Assembly: GCF_009914755.1 (NCBI RefSeq)
Contig: NC_060926.1
Source of the DNA: the human T2T-CHM13v2.0 reference genome, Homo sapiens
Reading direction: 5' to 3' (one strand)
DNA: 64,000 bases
Made by a program: the position numbers and the translations under genes. Below, piece by piece: positions 57,044 to 64,000 of this stretch. The first letter of the stretch is position 1. Every line of letters starts with the position of its first letter. Below the pieces are notes generated by a model. That model was not told the DNA's origin, ran no database searches, and saw only the letters and a list, made by a program, of their open reading frames with translations.

Positions 57044-58269
57044 TAGCCATGTGAAAATTTTCTTTATACAAGTTGAGATTGGTAAAGAATGGACCTTCTC
57101 ATTTTACCAAACTGTTCTACAATAATATTTTGTCAATAATTTTTATTTCAGCCCAAATTTTAAAATAGTTGTTATGTTAGGAAAAACAACCTCTCAGTTT
57201 TTTAAATGATGAAACCAAACTTTGTCAGCTGCTAAGTTTTAAATAACTGAGCCGACTATATCAAATTTTAATGGAAAATTATATTTTAAGTATTGTAAAA
57301 AAAAAACAGATTTATCACAAAGCTGGCCTATCCTCCCTAAAAATGAAAAGCAAAGAAAAGGGGAGACTTCATTCATTTTCTTAAAAAATACTACTCTCAT
57401 ATTTTAGATTTTATATTGGTTAGTCAATTCTAAAGTTTGAAAATCTATCCTTGAAGTTACAGGGTTCTCAGTCTTTGAGGGGACCTGATAAGATGACTTT
57501 TTTGAGGAAATGTTGTTTGGCTGCTACTCAGGATACTAATGCTTCATTTGTTCAATTCCTTGCGACTCCATCATCGGTAATTCATCATCACAATGTCACC
57601 TTGCCTGTCAGACTCAACGAAGGAGGGATGCGCATGGGCATTTAACTGTTTTCTCCCTTGCTGGAATTGGCAGCTATTATTAAGAGTTAGTAGCACAATG
57701 GGGTAGGAGAGATGTCTTAGCTTTGGCATATATGCTGTACATGAACAAAGAACTTTGATCTTCAAACCTGCCAAGCTGACATCTTGCACAGGCATAATGT
57801 TCCCTCAAAATTTAAATACAAAACCAAAAAACTCTTCCATCTGGGATTACAGTCATATAATTTCTATATATTGCTAGCCTCAAAGGACTGAATTCTTTAC
57901 AATACTATTTCAGTCATTTTAAAAATAAAAAAGATGAAGTCTTGGAATGGTTGACCCACATAGCAGCTCAGCTGGACAATGATAATGCTTCTGAATTTTA
58001 ACTAGAAAGTATCCATGCTGTGCAAAGCCACAAACTTTCCATTCAGGATATAAGAAAAAGTGAATACTCCTAGTGAGATACTTAGCTAGTTATAGACAGC
58101 TGAATACTAGCTAGTAGTTTTTACACTTACTTTGTTTGTCTGTCTAAGGCTTTATTTGAAACAGAATTTGTAATCCTAATTTTTCAGACTGTGTGCGAAA
58201 TGTTCAAACTTGCTCACTGGGTTAAAAAGGATGGACAGCTTAGAGAAAAAGAAGAAAAAAAGGAAACTC

Positions 58270-58577
<308 letters not shown>

Positions 58578-58819
58578 TCACATCCAAAAAACTTAGTATC
58601 TGTGTCCTAGTAATGATGGAAGTAGTCATTTCTTCACATGTGTATAACATGTGTCTATATAGATAAGTAAATACCATTAGTCAATATAAAACTTAATAAT
58701 TTCATGACTCATCTCTTCAGGCAACTTTGCAAATTAAATGGTTCACATATGAAGGAGCACAGCTGTAGAAGGAAAATAAGGAAGAGAAAATAACTTCGGA
58801 AAATTCCCAGGACTCATAC

Positions 58820-59225
58820 TCTAAAGGTCATGGTTCCAGTACCAGCTTGGCTAGTAATTAATTGGATTTTGGTCTTAGATAAATACAGACTTCTAGATCT
58901 GTTTCTTCACATATAAAATGAGAATAATCACCACAGTCCTGATCTAATATACTAAGATTTAGTGTCAAAAAGAAGTGTGGTTCCAAGAGCCAGTTATTGT
59001 GCAAGTGGGTAGAAGTGCTTTAGAGTAAATATAAATTCTGACTCTTTGCTACTTTCTTACTAGACAGTTAGACAAGTCATTTAGAACTCTATAGATCAGC
59101 AAAATAGGTATAACATTTTCTGTTTCATATTTGTTTTCTAGGTTTAAATGAGAGAATGAGTATCAAAAAGTATAGCATGTGCCTCCGTAGGAAAAGTTTG
59201 GTAAATCTCAGCAGCTAATTATAGG
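58820..59225 (+). mobile_element. Two adjacent diverged MIR SINEs
   Basis: TGTTTCTTCACATATAAAATGAGAATAAT; TTAGACAAGTCATTTA..GGTTTAAATGAGAGAATG. Confidence 0.5.
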
Positions 59226-60284
59226 AATAATCATGGTGGAAAAAGGCAGCAGCAGTATTTCAAAGCCAGTTGCTTTCAGGGGAGAAAATGACTGCAAGGT
59301 TAACAAAACTTAGCCAAAACCTGATTGAAAATAGGGATATGATTCAAAATGGCAGATGGCAACCCTAAGTAAGATTATTTAGCAATAGAAGCATAGATAC
59401 AGAGGAGCCATTGAGAACACATAAGCAATGATTATCTGAGCTCTATGAATGAAGATCTAGTGTCAGATGAATGTGAGTGTAGGTCCACTGAGCGAATACA
59501 TTTCTATGAAAGGAATTCACGTATCAAGTTTTGAGCCCTGATGGTATCAAATATTCAAAAAGTTGTAAACACCCCTTCTTGTTCTGATTCCAAAATAATC
59601 TAACAACTATATAATTATTTTTATGTTTATATATTCATCTATATAGAGAAAATGTAATGATCAGGCTAACATGAGAATTCATTCATTCTGCCTGACACAT
59701 CTCTCACTGGGAGTTGACAATCTAATGTTCTGAATTTCTATTCCAGCCCCTGTGAGCTGTGACTGCAAGAGTCAGCACCTAAATTAGATCAACACTACAA
59801 CATCAAAAAGGTAGAGGGGTTTTATGAGTCATAAAGTCAGACTCTGAGCTATGATACCTTCATTTACACACTGCTTTTAAAATATTCTAAGTATCTGACG
59901 TATTTGACACCAAAACCTTTTTAAATGCTATTCTTTTGATTTTCCAATACAATTCAAACATTATACAATTCATTAGTTTATTAACAAATTGCCACTATAA
60001 TATATAGATATAGGTATAGTAAATCTGGGTTCTAGATTACCTCTCAAGTTAGCAAATATAAATCAATATATTACCCAATACTAAATGCTAGTGATAAAAC
60101 GACAACTCTACATTATTTAGACAATGATGCAAGAACCCTAAGATAGTACAAATACTTCAGAAAGAGATTTATTTCATATTTGGCAAGAACCTTAATAATA
60201 GAAAATAGGCCGTAAAAATTCACAGTCTATGTAAATATAATTATGCAAAAAATTAAAATAAGAAAGCATGTATTTAAAAATGAC

Positions 60285-63200
60285 TGAAGTCAAGTTCAAA
60301 ACATGGTGGACTGAAATGATGCAGACTTCTACCTCATTCCAAATACTTACAAATGCTAAGATATGACAATTAAACAAAAGTAAAGAAAATACTTAGCTAA
60401 CCTTGAAAGACAGACAAAAATGACCAAGTCTCAGGAACTTGAAGTCAGAAGAACAAAACACATGAGGCAACACTTCAGAATGAGATCTAAAATGAAAGAC
60501 GAGGGAAATATGACCTCTAAAATGAGCCCAACATGTCAAGATCAGGATAGTATTTCACAGGCAGGGGCAGAGGACAAGTTCACAGTTGGAACTGGAATCC
60601 CTGAATGAGATTTGAACCCTGGGAAATCTTCCTACTTGGTGAAAATTGACTTAGAGAAGTTGTACCTTCAGGCCCAGAAAAGTCCCAAGAAATAATTACG
60701 TTTCTGTGTCTGACTAGGATTCTGTATTTCTTTTAAAGTCTCTTTGCAGAAACTGAAATCCCAAGACTGTCCTCTGCATATATACATTTCAAATTTACAC
60801 TGTACTAATTGTGCAGAGATCTCAAAAAAATTTACATAAGGACTGATACCAGACCAATTAAGCCTCTGAAGGCAGTGGCAGTTGTAAACCAAAATTACTC
60901 TGAAATCCCATTTTCATAATCTCGCGCTCATAGAACACATGCAGAGAAAAGAGAACAACAAAAATTAAAGAAATTCCTAAAAAATATTTCCATGATGAAG
61001 AGAGGAGATGCAACAAACAGAAGAACTTGTAACAAAAAAACTTGTGAAATAAAGCAACCTACAGTGTGTGAAAAATAGGTTTTTAAATAATTATTTAAGG
61101 TGCAAAAGAAGGAATAGAATCCTATAAGCTAAAAGACACCAAGAATAGCAAATACACTTAAAGGCATTAGAGATATGATTATTAATACCACTAAGTTTTT
61201 TGTAACAATTTAACATCAAATAAAGCTGGACTCAAAAGGAATATATAAGCTGGAAGCTGGGTATGGCTACATTATTGAGGAAGCAAAAGAGAGACATGAA
61301 TGTAGACAACACAATGGAACAACCACCTAGGCTAAAATGAAAGGATCTGACTTAAGTTCAACAAAGGTTGATAAAAGAAAAAAGAGTTAATTGGGGACAG
61401 AAAAAAATCAAAGAAATAATAGGTGAAATTTTTCCAGAATTAGTGAAAGGCATAAATTCTTGGATTAAATAAGCAAAATAAATATGAACTCAATAAATAA
61501 ATATAGATCCAAACCTCCGTATATTATGGAGAAAATGCAGGATCTAAAAAAAGAGAAAAGTTTTACAAATCAGAAGTTTTTAAAGAGTAAAAAGACTTGG
61601 TTATTTACAAAGGAATCAAAATTGTTAACAGTTTACTTCTTGGCAAAAATGTAAGAAGACAATAAAATAATATCTTCAAAAAGCTGAGATAAAAATAACA
61701 GCCTAAAATTCTAAAGTTCCAGTGAAACAGTTTCAAATATTAATACAAATGAAGGCATTTAAGAGACAGAGATAATTTACCACTCAGATTCTGATTGAAA
61801 GGTCAATTAATAGATGTTCTTGATAAAAAATAAATCAAAAACAAACCTACAAGAAGGAATAAGGAAAGAAATTGCTCATCAAATTCTAGAAAAATTGTTT
61901 AGAATTTTAGAAGAATTTATGAACTTAGGTATTTAAATAGACTGTCTTTTCGATAAAATAAAACTTTTAGGTAAATTGTCTAAATACTTTTTTTTTAATC
62001 ACAATTACCAATTTAGAGGGGAATTAAAATTACAACTAAAATTCGAGACAACAATTTGAGAGTGATTAATTGCAGTAAAAATTTAAGTTCTATTGAATTT
62101 TTTAGACTAAGTGGGGATAAACTGGTCAAATGTAGACATTATTAAGACAATTGGGCATGTTAAAATTTTAAGGCCAACTACTAATATAATGAAAATTGAA
62201 TAAGCTCCAAACAAGAAAACTGTGGAAAAAATGAAATAAATTAATCATTAACAATTCAATAGAAGGAAAGAGGTGGAAAAAACAGGCAAGAAAAACATAT
62301 TGTATGAAGAAAGCCCAATACTGAAGAAGTAAGGCCAAGTATAACAAAAACCATAGCAAATTTTATTATATTCAAACCATTAATTGAAGGACAGAGTCTC
62401 AAATTAAAAACAATAGAAGACCAATTGGAATTTGGCTATAAAATCAGTAAGAATAGACTAGGCCAAGCTGTGATAACAAATTATAATCTCAGTGGTTTCA
62501 AGAAACCTATAGTTGATTTTCATTCCCATGCTCATGAATCCATGCTCATAAAAAAAGCACCCTCAATTAATAAATATTTTTTCTTATATAACTTGTTTTA
62601 GATTATGGAGAAAATATAAAATTACAACTCATTTTATAATACTACAAACATTTTTGTATTAAAACTACACAATGACAGAATCAGAAAGCAAAATTATTGG
62701 GTAATTAAACTTATAAGACCACATCCAAAAGCACTAATTAAATGAATCAAAGGAATCAAATCATGAAACATCTTTTATGATTGAGTATAGTCAGTAATAA
62801 AGGATGTTTTAATTTTAGAAAATCTATTAATGTAATCTTCTGCTTTAATGATCATATAATTATCTCCACAGAGAAAAGCATTTTATAAAATTCAACTCTT
62901 AATTTTGATTCAAAATTGATAGCAAACTAGTAATACTAGTGAGTTTCCCTAGATATATGACCAAAACTTCTAGTAAATAGTATACTGTGTTAAAATTTTA
63001 GATCTATTCCTTTTGAATCAGGAACAGAGAAAGCATGCTTATTGCCACTTCTATTAAACACTGTATTGACTACATTAAGTAACCAAGTTAAAAAAGATTG
63101 AGAAATTTAAAAAATGAAAACAGTAAGGGAAAATTGCAACTATTAGCAGATAATATGAAGGTGTACTTAGAAAATTCAAAAGAATCTCCAAACAAAATTT

Positions 63201-63640
63201 AGATCTAATGAGAGAATTCAGTGAGTTTCCTGGGAACAAGATACATATAAACACATGAAAACTTTTCTTATTCATCAGGAAATATATTGTTAACAGGTAA
63301 CTGTTCATTAGAATATCAAAAAACGTATAATTACCTAAGAGTAGATTAAACAAAGTAAGTTTTTGGAGAAAAATAATAATTTTTAAATTAAAAGACAAAC
63401 AAGATCTGGATAAACAAAATAAGTTTCTGGAGAAAAATACTATGTTCATGAATGGGAGGAGTCAGTATTGTAAATCTGGTCATTCTCCCTAAATGAATTT
63501 AAATTTAGTTAAATACCAATTGATCAGACACAGAAACTTTTTTGAAGAATTTGAAAAGTTGATTCTAAAATTAATGTGAAGAATAATGGGCAAGTAGAAA
63601 TCAAGATAAGTTTAAAGAATAATAATAAAAGGAAAACACA
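60285..63640 (+). mobile_element. Ancient L1ME/L1M-type LINE (5' end, ORF1 and ORF2 relics) with an MLT1-like fragment at about 62440-62550
   Basis: A-rich + strand; ORF1-like GAAATAATAGGTGAAATTTTTCCAGAATT; RT-like CAGAGAAAAGCATTTTATAAAATTCAAC and TCAGGAACAGAGAAAGCATGC; GTTGATTCTAAAATTAATGTGAA. Confidence 0.65.
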
Positions 63641-63659
63641 ATGGATATCATATTAAGCA

Positions 63660-63890
63660 TCTGTATATAGATAATCAAAATATATGTGTATATTTTAAAT
63701 TAAATATAAATATGTCACATTTTAGATTTAATTAAATATGTTTGTTTACTCTTTAGTTTATTAGATATGTAGTTTATATATAAACAATAAATTTAATTGA
63801 ATTTTTTAGTATATATATTTCTATATATATATACTAAATATATATAGTTTATATATATAAACAGTAAATTTAATTGTTTTTTTAGTAACT
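63660..63890. repeat. AT-rich low complexity with an imperfect ~45-bp duplication
   Basis: TAGTTTATATA(TA)TAAACARTAAATTTAATTG..TTTTTTAGTA appears twice. Confidence 0.7.
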
Positions 63891-64000
63891 AAATGGTTTA
63901 AAAATGGCACTGAGAAGCCATTGAATAATTAAGACTTGGCATTGGGAAAAAAAATACAAAAAGGCAAGTTAGCAACCACCCACCCCACAACCATAACCGT

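Noticed and set aside
63075-63449. 124-aa F/L/I-rich ORF
   Set aside because: It is antisense to A-rich ancient L1 sequence; the composition is an artefact.

Overview
AT-rich primate DNA, very probably human (young AluY, L1PA, THE1 and LTR2 elements). I recognise no host protein-coding exon, RNA gene, CpG-island promoter or prokaryotic feature. Every ORF I can assign to a family derives from L1, Alu or LTR repeats; the rest look like chance ORFs. Roughly half the window is interspersed repeats: a dead full-length L1PA8A-like LINE (~7779-14984) carrying a nested Alu and an LTR2-family solo LTR, 11 Alus, about 20 LTR/MaLR pieces including an intact ancient MLT1H LTR-internal-LTR element, DNA transposon fossils, and MIR/L2/old L1 fragments. 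The best leads are a templated rearrangement replacing an Alu 5' end, a near-consensus AluY, a perfect 46-bp tandem duplication, multi-level nested insertions and several well-formed + strand candidate non-coding exons. I found no evidence for a new multi-gene biological system. Repeat subfamily names are from my recollection of consensus sequences and need RepeatMasker/Dfam confirmation; boundaries of old elements are approximate.
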